Virus record (IMG/VR): IMGVR_UViG_3300035659_001474
Location: 21,110-85,109 of that record
Length of the DNA stretch: 64,000 nt
Source: a virus
Lineage: Duplodnaviria; Heunggongvirae; Uroviricota; Caudoviricetes
Strand: one strand, 5' to 3'
Notes under the pieces: generated by a model
The model's database searches: none
Told to the model about the DNA's origin: nothing
What the model saw: the letters and a program-made list of their open reading frames with translations, nothing else
Part shown: piece by piece, positions 1 through 8,372 of the stretch
How the letters are laid out: each line of letters starts with the position of its first letter
How positions within the stretch are numbered: the stretch's first letter is position 1
Position numbers and translations under genes: made by a program

Positions 1-370
1 TTTGCACACTATCAATCATTCTGTCATAGTCATCATCAATGTCTCCTTCGTCATCTGTTCCTTGTTTCTTTAATCTTCTTATAAGATCGTCTATAGTGTC
101 TTTACTTAACAAATGTGAAAACTTGGGAACTTCATCTTTACCTTCAGATTCTATGGCTAATGCAACATTTATTGCACCGGATGTATTATATTCATTATTC
201 ATCCGTTTAATTTGTTTTGCTACTAATTCATTAATGTCTTTATTTTTCTTAACAGCTTTAGCTAATTTGTCAACGAATTCAGCAGCCTCGTCACTATCAC
301 TCCAGTGTTCCAATCCCATGAACCCTGACATTTTCAAGAACTCTCTTTGGATTATAGCTAAATGCTTCAT
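1..370 (-). CDS. MKHLA-leader family protein, partial (C-terminus lies beyond the window start); begins MKHLAIIQREFLKMSGF
   Basis: Manual translation of the minus strand from the ATG at 368-370 gives MKHLAIIQREFLK... and stays open to position 1. The reverse-complement of the upstream sequence is AAGGGAGGATCA-ATG, a Shine-Dalgarno site. Confidence 0.5.
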   Translation of the reverse strand, partial: MKHLAIIQREFLKMSGFMGLEHWSDSDEAAEFVDKLAKAVKKNKDINELVAKQIKRMNNEYNTSGAINVALAIESEGKDEVPKFSHLLSKDTIDDLIRRLKKQGTDDEGDIDDDYDRMIDSVQ

Positions 371-381
371 TGATCCTCCCT

Positions 382-1470
382 TTAGAGACTAATATAGTCT
401 GCAAATGTTGCAGTCATGAAATTTTCTTTGATGCCTTTGTTTGTTAGAAATTCTTTTAGACCAGGTGTAGTATCAAGGTAATTTTTTGCAACATCATAGA
501 CTGCATCATCATTGTACATGTCGTCAGCTTTTAGTTCACGAGCAATTTGTCGACCTAGACGTCTGACTCTTTTTTCGTCAAGTTTTCTTTCTTTTCTGGG
601 TGGTCGATTTATCTTTTCTTGTTTTCGTTGTTCCCAAGCTTTGTTTTCTTCATCTGTAGCACCGATGAATAGTTCAACGCCCGCATCTTCATACGGACGA
701 CGATTTACAGTGACTCCTTTAGTATTCTTAACATCAGCTAATCCTACACGATAGAATTCACTAACAATTACTGGTGCATTATCAATGTTTCCTCTAGCTA
801 TTCTCATTCTCATATGAGTGCTCATTAATATGCCCGGCTTTGCAAACTCATGTCCTTCACTAGAAAAGTCCATAATTGCTTGTCGAGGTTCATCACCTGA
901 AGTCTGTTCAAATACTGGCACTAGCTTTAATTTGTCAACCACATTTTCATAAAATTCTCTACCATCATCACCAGAAACGTATTCACTAGCTTTGTCATCA
1001 CCAACACGCATAGCATCATTTACCATAATGTATTTGATGGGTTCTTTTAGTGTATTTAATTGTTGTCGTATTTTTGAACCGTAATTGAAGAATAGTTCTT
1101 TGTGTTCATCGTCATCAGATGGTGACAATGGTGGCAGTTCATTAATAATATTGACCATCTTCATCTTTTTTGCATGTTTGCTAAAATTTTTGAATCTTTT
1201 ATAAGCTTCCATTGCTTCTGGAGTAGTGTCAGCAAATGAATGATTGTCTTTAATGTGAGACAATACCTTGTCTCTATCAACAAACTTAGTACCACAGATA
1301 GGACACATTTGTTGACCCTTGTCAGCTATTGGAGGAGTAGCAGTTATCCTCTTAGTAGTTTTTGGATGAGTTTGGATGTAATGACGTTGTTCAAAGTAGC
1401 TAAGATCATCCCAGTAATCTTTAGCGACTTTTTCAACAAATTCTTTGCTAATAGTAGCCAAGTGTTTCAT
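382..1470 (-). CDS. MKHLA-leader family protein with a C2H2-like zinc finger (CPICGTKF..H..H)
   Basis: ORF track. The N-terminus is MKHLATISKEFVEKVAKDYWDDLSYFEQRHYIQTHPKTTKRITATP. A Shine-Dalgarno site (CAGGAGATATC) precedes the ATG. Confidence 0.6.
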   Translation of the reverse strand: MKHLATISKEFVEKVAKDYWDDLSYFEQRHYIQTHPKTTKRITATPPIADKGQQMCPICGTKFVDRDKVLSHIKDNHSFADTTPEAMEAYKRFKNFSKHAKKMKMVNIINELPPLSPSDDDEHKELFFNYGSKIRQQLNTLKEPIKYIMVNDAMRVGDDKASEYVSGDDGREFYENVVDKLKLVPVFEQTSGDEPRQAIMDFSSEGHEFAKPGILMSTHMRMRIARGNIDNAPVIVSEFYRVGLADVKNTKGVTVNRRPYEDAGVELFIGATDEENKAWEQRKQEKINRPPRKERKLDEKRVRRLGRQIARELKADDMYNDDAVYDVAKNYLDTTPGLKEFLTNKGIKENFMTATFADYISL

Positions 1471-1522
1471 GATATCTCCTGGTCATTGATCGTTATGCAG
1501 ACAATGAACGAAGATGTAGTAT

Positions 1523-2050
1523 TCAATCCCATATTCCTGGTTCATTTTCTTTCATCCATGATTTATTGATAGCAGTTGCAATTTCTTTTAGATCTTTGTA
1601 AGTTTTACCAACATCACCAAGATTAATATCGCGACTATAACCTTCAACAATGGCTTCAAAGTTACCCTTCGGCATTAACTTGAATGACATTGAAAAACCT
1701 TTTTTGTTTGTAACAGAGAATATGTTATTATCAAATTCTTCATTTACTTCAAACTTATCTTTTTTGAATTGACTTGATAAATCAGTAAGTTTTTTGAGTT
1801 TCTTTTTTTGTTCAGGTGTTTGTGATTCAAGTTCTTTCTTTTTAGCTTCAAGCTGTTTTATTTCAGCATCAATATCAGCAGTTGACATTTCTCTCTTTTT
1901 ATGCTGCAAATCGCTTAAAGTTTTTCCAGTTATTTTTCTTTTAGACTTGGGATGTCGTTTCAAATAAGCCTTTTGATCTGCTTGTGACATATCATCCCAT
2001 TTACGAGCTGACTTCAAAAACTCTGACTGAATAACTGCTAGATGTTTCAT
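1523..2050 (-). CDS. MKHLA-leader family protein with a K/E-rich coiled-coil tail
   Basis: N-terminus MKHLAVIQSEFLKSARKWDDMSQADQKAYLKRHPKSKRKITGK. Its start (ATGA) overlaps the stop of the upstream gene. Confidence 0.6.
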   Translation of the reverse strand: MKHLAVIQSEFLKSARKWDDMSQADQKAYLKRHPKSKRKITGKTLSDLQHKKREMSTADIDAEIKQLEAKKKELESQTPEQKKKLKKLTDLSSQFKKDKFEVNEEFDNNIFSVTNKKGFSMSFKLMPKGNFEAIVEGYSRDINLGDVGKTYKDLKEIATAINKSWMKENEPGIWD

Positions 2051-2307
2051 TTACTAACTCCTTGTAATGTATCCATAGTTCGATTAGTTTTTACATGTCG
2101 AGTTTTTTCATTTTTGTGAATTTTTCGATATTTAGGTTTTAGTCTGTACTTTTTTCTTTTTGATGGTTTTGCATTTACAACTTTTTTTGAACCAGGATGA
2201 TCTTCAAGATATTGCCGTTGCTGCTGCATATTCATCTTAAGCCATCGACGACTATATTGCTTTGCCTGAATCAAAAACTCATGTTGTATAGTAGCTAAAT
2301 GTTTCAT
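2047..2307 (-). CDS. small, very basic MKHLA-leader family protein (86 aa)
   Basis: N-terminus MKHLATIQHEFL..YLEDHPGSKK, followed by a K/R-rich tail. Translationally coupled to its neighbours. Confidence 0.55.
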   Translation of the reverse strand: MKHLATIQHEFLIQAKQYSRRWLKMNMQQQRQYLEDHPGSKKVVNAKPSKRKKYRLKPKYRKIHKNEKTRHVKTNRTMDTLQGVSK

Positions 2308-2309
2308 GA

Positions 2310-4067
2310 CTAACGACTCATGGCTTTAGCTTGTTCTAAGGCTCCCCAATACTCTTTGTTACTTGGCTGTATTTTACACAATCTCTCAATAGCACGAATA
2401 ATCATAGCCTTGTTATCACTGTTTAACATACCTCTTCCGATCATAGCATATCCGAATCCTTTCATCAAATCTTCGCCCGTAGGTCCGCTTTTATGTATTT
2501 CTAGAAGTTCCACGTCAGTTGGTTCGCGATACTTCGTGCCCTGGAAGAAACTTGGTTTTAACTTCTCGCCTATAGCTATTTTCAAAAATTCAGCTTGGTT
2601 TTTTGCAATGCGTGACTGACTCTTACTTTTCAAGAACTGATAGAGCAATCTCACACCATAACCTGTAGCATTATGTGGTAAATCACCATGTGAATGATCT
2701 ATCTCTTCGCACATGTCTTCATTAAATGCAACATTAGACATATCAACATGTGCCCAAGGTATATTTCCTACAAACTGTTTTATGAAAGATGCACCCATAG
2801 CTGATTTTGCTTGTTGTTGTTCAAATGAATTCTTGAGATCAGCGATATCACTTTCTACTGATTTGTTGTATTCTGGATATAATGGTAATCTCCAAACTCT
2901 TTCATTAGCAACTTTTCCAGCTCTATATAAATCATTAGCCAATTGGTTATTGTTTGCGAATAATCCAGCAGCTGATTTACCAAATATATTGAGAATTGTC
3001 TTTGTCAGCGTAGCAAGATCAACTAAAACTGTTGGTTTAAACTTCTCAACACAATAAGAAACTGCATCTGCAAGAATGAGGCGACCTTCAGCATCAGTGT
3101 TATCAATTTCGACTGTTTTACCACTGTAAGACGTGTAAACATCACCTGGTAAATACGATCGACCATCTATAGAATTATATGTCAATGGCAGCACACCAAC
3201 AATGTTGACAGGTAATTTCAATAATGCTATAGCTTTCATGACCCCTATAACTGCAGCAGCTCCGGCAACATCTTTTCGCATCGTCCTGATACTCTCAAAT
3301 TCTTTTAGTGCAACTCCGCCAGTGTCAAATATGATTCCTTTGCCAACTAAAGCAATACTTGAAGTAGATGATTTGTTACCAGTATATTGAATAGTGACTA
3401 TTCGTGCAGGATAGGGAGAACCCTCAGCAACAGCCTGAATCAGTCCGAAGCGTGACATTAATTCGTCAGGTAGTATTTTAACGTCAAGACCAATAGTCGT
3501 CAATTCATTTTTGATATAGTTAGCAAATATATCAGGATGCTTGTCTTTTGCATTACGATTGACCAAGTCTCTGGCATAATTTGTGCATTGACAAACTATC
3601 AATGATTCTTTAAGCTCATTATCTGTAATTTTATCTGTAATGATTTCAATTGTAGATAGATGATGGTATTTTTTGGTCTTGTATTGGTCAAATTTGTATG
3701 ATCCTAAAACTATTCCTTCAACACATGCAATAGTTAATGATTTGTCAAACCAATCAGGAATGATTATAGAAAGTGTTGGCCAATTCAAATACTCTGCTCG
3801 TTGGATACCATAAGCTACAGTCTTACTTACTATTGCAGCTGTTGCAGTCTCACCGCAGCCACAGCATATTGTCAAGATATCGCCTTCAGTCCGAACATTT
3901 ACTTCGTCTACTTCAGCATTGAAATCAGCTGCGTTGTCTTGAGTTCTATAAAAAGTCAATCTTGTTTTAGGCATTGACATATCAGACGGTTGACTTGTCA
4001 AATGTATGTCTATTTTTTGTATTGCTAATTTGACGAATTCACTCTGTATTTTAGACAAGTGTTTCAT
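2310..4067 (-). CDS. M17-family leucyl aminopeptidase carrying the MKHLA leader
   Basis: Contains the M17 signature NTDAEGRL plus GKGIIFDTGG and DVAGAAAVIGVMKA, which match the LAP catalytic domain. N-terminus MKHLSKIQSEFVKLA. Confidence 0.8.
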   Translation of the reverse strand: MKHLSKIQSEFVKLAIQKIDIHLTSQPSDMSMPKTRLTFYRTQDNAADFNAEVDEVNVRTEGDILTICCGCGETATAAIVSKTVAYGIQRAEYLNWPTLSIIIPDWFDKSLTIACVEGIVLGSYKFDQYKTKKYHHLSTIEIITDKITDNELKESLIVCQCTNYARDLVNRNAKDKHPDIFANYIKNELTTIGLDVKILPDELMSRFGLIQAVAEGSPYPARIVTIQYTGNKSSTSSIALVGKGIIFDTGGVALKEFESIRTMRKDVAGAAAVIGVMKAIALLKLPVNIVGVLPLTYNSIDGRSYLPGDVYTSYSGKTVEIDNTDAEGRLILADAVSYCVEKFKPTVLVDLATLTKTILNIFGKSAAGLFANNNQLANDLYRAGKVANERVWRLPLYPEYNKSVESDIADLKNSFEQQQAKSAMGASFIKQFVGNIPWAHVDMSNVAFNEDMCEEIDHSHGDLPHNATGYGVRLLYQFLKSKSQSRIAKNQAEFLKIAIGEKLKPSFFQGTKYREPTDVELLEIHKSGPTGEDLMKGFGYAMIGRGMLNSDNKAMIIRAIERLCKIQPSNKEYWGALEQAKAMSR

Positions 4068-4071
4068 TAAT

Positions 4072-4437
4072 TTATCCTTGTGGCATTTCTGTTTTATCGA
4101 TTAATATGATGTCTTTGCTGACAAGATTTTCTTGTTCGAGTATTATGCTTTGGAACCACGGAGCATCTAATTTGTACTGTCGAGTTTTTGCATTATAGAA
4201 AGAAGCCATACAATAGACAGTTTTTTCAGATCCGTATTTCTCTTGATATTTGACCTTTAGAACTTTATCGGGTGTAGCAGAAGATTCGAGTTCCCAGTCA
4301 TTTTTTTCTACAGCAGTATTTTGAGGCACTACTTCTTGTGTACTATTAACAAGTTTTCGAGCACGTATTTTAGCGATGAGTCGTTTGATAAAAAGCATAT
4401 AACTCCCGTCTACCGAAATTGCGTTCTTATCAAACAA
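4072..4437 (-). CDS. hypothetical protein
   Basis: 121-aa ORF co-oriented and tightly packed within the gene block. Confidence 0.4.
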   Translation of the reverse strand: MFDKNAISVDGSYMLFIKRLIAKIRARKLVNSTQEVVPQNTAVEKNDWELESSATPDKVLKVKYQEKYGSEKTVYCMASFYNAKTRQYKLDAPWFQSIILEQENLVSKDIILIDKTEMPQG

Positions 4438-4835
4438 TTATTTTCTTATGTTTTTATTGTAACTACACTATTATGAGAGTAAACCCTTCTGCTCCAGTGT
4501 TTAAATTGCCACCTCAAGTAGTACAAGGCGTAGTGTTTTCAGAAAATGTCAGAAATGAAGCTGCTATTAGAAAACAATTTATACGAAAACTGTTTCGTAA
4601 GAAAAAAGAATTTGATTATCGTCAGACCGTGAGAAAGCGAGTGCAGATAATAAATGAAGATTTAGCGAATAAAGGTATGAGGTACGAATTCGAAGTGAAA
4701 GACGATGACAATGATCTTGTAATAAATCTATTAGTGGACGGATTGACAATATATAGTAGAAGAATCGATAATGACAATTTTGGAGAGATACTTGACAAAT
4801 TATCAAACGGCTCAGGCTTTATATTTGATGATTAA
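4419..4835 (+). CDS. hypothetical protein (lone plus-strand ORF inside a minus-strand block; true start possibly the internal MRVNPS)
   Basis: 138-aa ORF that fills an otherwise non-coding gap. Confidence 0.3.
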   Translation: MRSYQTIIFLCFYCNYTIMRVNPSAPVFKLPPQVVQGVVFSENVRNEAAIRKQFIRKLFRKKKEFDYRQTVRKRVQIINEDLANKGMRYEFEVKDDDNDLVINLLVDGLTIYSRRIDNDNFGEILDKLSNGSGFIFDD

Positions 4836-5638
4836 CGCCACCAATATAAAGGGCCATGAATTAGTCTTGCGTTGTTCGCAATTAAATCTTTAATTGCTCT
4901 TGGAATTCTGCGCACTTGTTTGCGCTGCTTTGCTTCTGACAATAAATCATTAAATTTCTGTAATGCCTCTACTGCAGCTTGTTTAGTTTCAGGAACCTCA
5001 GTCATAGCAAATACAGCTGTTTTAGCTGTATGATATGCATCCATTAGATTTTGAGATGATAGTTCTTGTCGTTTTTGTTCTATAGATTCAACTACATTTT
5101 GTGGGCCGTATTTTAGATCAAGATAGTTGTAAATGTGTTCAATTTTTGGTAGTAATTGGCTTGATGATTTTTCAATCAATTCTGTCGTATTTGGTTTGAA
5201 AATACCAATATATGATCCATGTGACTTATCAGTAAGTAATGCAATATCAAATGACTGCCCATTAGTTAATGTATAGCGTGATGTTGTCCATCTCTTTTTG
5301 CCTAAACTTTGCATATCATTTGGGCCAATGATGTCTAATCGTCGGAAATGATCCATTGCAAATTGCCAGTCGCCCTTAAATGGTGCAATGCCATTACCAT
5401 ATCCCATAAAACTTGCAGAACCGGTATGCACAGTACGAGGATGCCATTGTAAATACTGTGTAAAATTATCTGGTTTCATTTGTTCAGTTATAGGTCGACG
5501 AATAACTGGTCTAGCCGTTATTCGATGTTGTGAACCAGGATGATCTCTAAGATATTGAGTTTGTTCTTCAAATGTCATATCATCCCAATCACGAGCAATT
5601 TTCAGAAATTCACACTGGATTTGCGCATTATGTTTCAT
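4832..5638 (-). CDS. MKHLA-leader family protein (variant start MKHNAQIQCEFLKIARDWDDMTFEEQTQYLRDHPGSQHRITARP)
   Basis: N-terminus matches the leader family. The C-terminal 220 aa carry no recognisable motif. Confidence 0.55.
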   Translation of the reverse strand: MKHNAQIQCEFLKIARDWDDMTFEEQTQYLRDHPGSQHRITARPVIRRPITEQMKPDNFTQYLQWHPRTVHTGSASFMGYGNGIAPFKGDWQFAMDHFRRLDIIGPNDMQSLGKKRWTTSRYTLTNGQSFDIALLTDKSHGSYIGIFKPNTTELIEKSSSQLLPKIEHIYNYLDLKYGPQNVVESIEQKRQELSSQNLMDAYHTAKTAVFAMTEVPETKQAAVEALQKFNDLLSEAKQRKQVRRIPRAIKDLIANNARLIHGPLYWWR

Positions 5639-5687
5639 GCAATCTCCAATTTTTGAATGATATTAGAACTGAGAGATTAAAGAAGTA

Positions 5688-6542
5688 TCAAAAACACTTA
5701 TTGTAATAATCTTCATACTCTTCTACTGCAATAGCACTAACATTCTCAACTATTGCAGCCATGTTGCAACCATATAGTCCAGCGCAGCTAAATGATCCTA
5801 TTTCTAATAACCAATAATCATCGTCTTCATCTTGACAAACATCAATCGTATACACTGGATCAGGATTATACTTAACATTTGCTATCTCTTGCGCTTTAGT
5901 CCAAGCTAACGAATCACTTCTAACTTCTTGATACTGTGATTGTCCATTAATCTTATATAGTGAACCCGTGATGATTTTCTCTCTAGCAACTATGAATCTC
6001 CATTCAGCTTTAATATTCTTAGGACTTGAAATTACAACTATTTGGTCTAAGTCTGCATTTGCAAAACTTAATGCACAATCCCAGTCTTTTTCAAACGTAT
6101 TTTTAATAAACACTTGACCCGTGAAAGTCTTAAATCCAGAACTTGGTCGAATAAAAATAGCATCGTACATAGGAAACAATTCATCTTCCGACAATTGAAA
6201 GTGCAATATTCTGCGCACAACATCACCGATTGGTAACATAATATAGTCATTATTGAATAAGAACTTACCTAAATGTGCATAATATGACATGCACTCATAC
6301 ATTTTGAGATTGAGCCAACAATTCGGCACCCACTTCTTCTCTCTCAACAATTGTCGTGCCAATTGTAATGAAGCTTGGACAATTACACACTCTTGTATAT
6401 TTGGGTATACATTGTATGAGCCGCTTTGGAATGGTATGTACTTGATAATTTCACATGTCATGCCTTGTCGTTTGACTTCAGCTGCCAGCTCGTCAAACTT
6501 ATTATCTTGCGCAAAGTCTTCAATCAACCATTTTGGTTTCAT
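5688..6542 (-). CDS. hypothetical protein, possibly an ATP-grasp-fold enzyme
   Basis: The C-terminal EWRFIVAREKIITGS...YWLLEIGSFSCAGLYGCN weakly resembles ATP-grasp B/C-domain motifs. Confidence 0.3.
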   Translation of the reverse strand: MKPKWLIEDFAQDNKFDELAAEVKRQGMTCEIIKYIPFQSGSYNVYPNIQECVIVQASLQLARQLLREKKWVPNCWLNLKMYECMSYYAHLGKFLFNNDYIMLPIGDVVRRILHFQLSEDELFPMYDAIFIRPSSGFKTFTGQVFIKNTFEKDWDCALSFANADLDQIVVISSPKNIKAEWRFIVAREKIITGSLYKINGQSQYQEVRSDSLAWTKAQEIANVKYNPDPVYTIDVCQDEDDDYWLLEIGSFSCAGLYGCNMAAIVENVSAIAVEEYEDYYNKCF

Positions 6543-6545
6543 TCT

Positions 6546-6604
6546 TCCTTCTTAATAATTCGGTGGAACTAACTTCAACTTTTGATTGAACTTCTTCTTG
6601 TTTT
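6546..6604 (-). repeat. copy 1 of a ~59-bp direct repeat (5' leader and RBS region of gene 5688..6542)
   Basis: Differs at only 3 of ~59 positions from the copy at 6904..6962. It sits immediately upstream of a start codon and ends in AAGAAGGAAGA-ATG. Confidence 0.7.
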
Positions 6605-6611
6605 ATGCTCA

Positions 6612-6893
6612 CTATCTTTCTTTGCGCCCACCCACTGTTGTACGAAGTTTAATCGCATTCCTTAATGTCCTCCGGGGCGCACGGGTTAAAGGGCACCATT
6701 TGGGAACATCTTCCTTTCTGTTTTCTGCTAAAGGCTCATCTCCACGTACGCCTGTGTTACTATTAGGCGTTAAGCTTTCGGGGAGCTGAGGAGCTTTTGG
6801 ATGAAAACAATCGTTTCCATAACATCTAATATATCGGTAATATGGGCATTCAGCACAATCTAACTTAATTTTAATACAGACTTTTCGTGACAT
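6612..6893 (-). CDS. small Cys-rich hypothetical protein (true start probably the ATG at 6891-6893)
   Basis: ORF track 6612..6899, which begins at a TTG. An in-frame ATG lies two codons downstream. Cys-rich motif CIKIKLDCAECPYYRYIRCYGNDC. Confidence 0.4.
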   Translation of the reverse strand: MSRKVCIKIKLDCAECPYYRYIRCYGNDCFHPKAPQLPESLTPNSNTGVRGDEPLAENRKEDVPKWCPLTRAPRRTLRNAIKLRTTVGGRKER

Positions 6894-6903
6894 AATCAAT
6901 CTA

Positions 6904-6962
6904 CCCTTCTTAATAATTTGGTGGAACTAATTTCAACTTTTGATTGAACTTCTTCTTGTTTT
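6904..6962 (-). repeat. copy 2 of the ~59-bp direct repeat (upstream of gene 6612..6893, overlapping the 3' end of a 58-aa ORF)
   Basis: Near-identical to 6546..6604. Confidence 0.7.
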
Positions 6963-7083
6963 CTCTAACAAAAGTACTACATACAATTTTAACTGGATCA
7001 GAGAAGACTTCTTTTTTGCCACACTTGACACGCCAATTGTAAATAGCACTTCTACCTCTACCACCTCTTATATCTGATGGCAT
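6907..7083 (-). CDS. small hypothetical ORF (58 aa, MPSDIRGGRGRS...NKKKFNQKLKLVPPNY)
   Basis: Manual translation. Its ATG overlaps the stop of the radical-SAM gene (TAATG). It is below the length cut-off of the ORF track. Confidence 0.25.
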
Positions 7084-7985
7084 TATTTCATCCCGACTGC
7101 TAAATTGAAATCACACTTGAAATCCATGCAATAGTTACTACAAATAGGATCACTCTTAGGCACGTGATTCTCGTACCACTTCAGCCGATCTGCTTTAATA
7201 TCACCTGACATATCACCAATAGCACTACCCTTTTCTCTTGCATAAACTAAACAAGGATAATGCTTCGTACCTACTATAGAGATATCACTCTTTGCAATCT
7301 CGCATTTGAAATTAGCATTGATACCACGCATGCTCTTGCCTTGTTTAAACCGTGACACACGATAATTCAAAATAGGATACTTTGAGTAATCGTAATTACC
7401 ACTAAAAACAGGCATCACTTCATCATGAGTCGATACTGACAATTTAATATCATGCACGCCAAGCATGAGAACAAATTGAATAATCTGTTCAATCCTATTT
7501 TGATTGATTGAGTCAATTACAATACCAACATTCACATACTTCAATTTGGATAGTGCCTTTATGTTGTCAATAACTTTCTCAGGATTTTCATACCCTCGAT
7601 TGATTAACACTCGAGTGTCATAATCATCAAGTGATATTGAAAACATATCCACATGAAGATCTTCATACAAGTCTAACGATGCTGAACCATTTGTTGACAA
7701 TCCCAACTTGATCTTGGTCGGTTGAGCCTTTATGAAATTGCACAATTGCCACAAATAAATACTCTTTGTAGGTTCTCCACCAGTCAACTGGATATGTCGT
7801 AAAGACGATCGTTCAGCATAAATGAATTTGCGAATAGATTCATAATCTATTTCTGATCGAAGTCTGTTGCAATACTTACAATGAAAGTTACATTCTCCTG
7901 TCAAAGCAATTTCACAGTACCAGAAACCATTTCCTGCATACTTCACTCGTTCTTCAGTTATTTCACTAAATCCAGTGTTTAACAT
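7083..7985 (-). CDS. radical SAM domain protein
   Basis: CxxxCxxC motif (GECNFHCKYC) followed by the GGEPT motif. Confidence 0.7.
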   Translation of the reverse strand: MLNTGFSEITEERVKYAGNGFWYCEIALTGECNFHCKYCNRLRSEIDYESIRKFIYAERSSLRHIQLTGGEPTKSIYLWQLCNFIKAQPTKIKLGLSTNGSASLDLYEDLHVDMFSISLDDYDTRVLINRGYENPEKVIDNIKALSKLKYVNVGIVIDSINQNRIEQIIQFVLMLGVHDIKLSVSTHDEVMPVFSGNYDYSKYPILNYRVSRFKQGKSMRGINANFKCEIAKSDISIVGTKHYPCLVYAREKGSAIGDMSGDIKADRLKWYENHVPKSDPICSNYCMDFKCDFNLAVGMK

Positions 7986-8209
7986 TCGTTGACTTCTTCA
8001 CATTGACTTTGGTTGACAATTGAACCATCATCCATCAAATACGCTAGCTTTCCTGAATATGGATTCGTAGTGACTGAAATTACTGTGCCTATTTTCTTTC
8101 CACTCTTGAATGGCTTTCTAGACTTCTTTTGAACTTTCATCTTTTCCTTTGTCCTTTGACATCTTCTGAAACTTTGAAATCGTAGCAGCAAGCTCTTTCT
8201 TGACTTCAT
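7979..8209 (-). CDS. small basic hypothetical protein
   Basis: ORF track. Partly overlaps 8118..8351 in a different frame. Confidence 0.3.
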   Translation of the reverse strand: MKSRKSLLLRFQSFRRCQRTKEKMKVQKKSRKPFKSGKKIGTVISVTTNPYSGKLAYLMDDGSIVNQSQCEEVNEC

Positions 8210-8351
8210 CGGACTGTCCCAAAGCAGCTGCTGTACTTTCCAAAACTACAAAATGTTTGCCGGCTTTGTCTTTGTTACCAGCATCAACTGCTGCTTTGAA
8301 ATACTTGATAACTCTACCCAATGCACTTTTGCGTCTAGCATCACGTCCCAT
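8118..8351 (-). CDS. small hypothetical protein
   Basis: ORF track. Confidence 0.3.
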   Translation of the reverse strand: MGRDARRKSALGRVIKYFKAAVDAGNKDKAGKHFVVLESTAAALGQSDEVKKELAATISKFQKMSKDKGKDESSKEV

Positions 8352-8372
8352 TTGATACCTCCAAGTTAAGTT

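Noticed and set aside
39-2050. Plus-strand ORFs 39..392, 512..754 and 1240..1569, and similar antisense ORFs throughout (for example 2320..2619, 2713..3057, 31303..31527 and 61619..61897)
   Set aside because: They lie entirely inside longer, motif-supported minus-strand genes and have low-complexity hydrophobic translations, so they are shadow ORFs of the AT-rich opposite strand.
1-5638. The leader is a T4-gp21-type or phiKZ-type prohead-protease cleavage signal ((L/I)xE↓ or (S/A/G)xE↓)
   Set aside because: The conserved segment is I-Q-x-E-F, with the Ile at -4, not -3, and Gln at -3, so neither published consensus is matched exactly. The processing hypothesis is kept only as one of several hypotheses.
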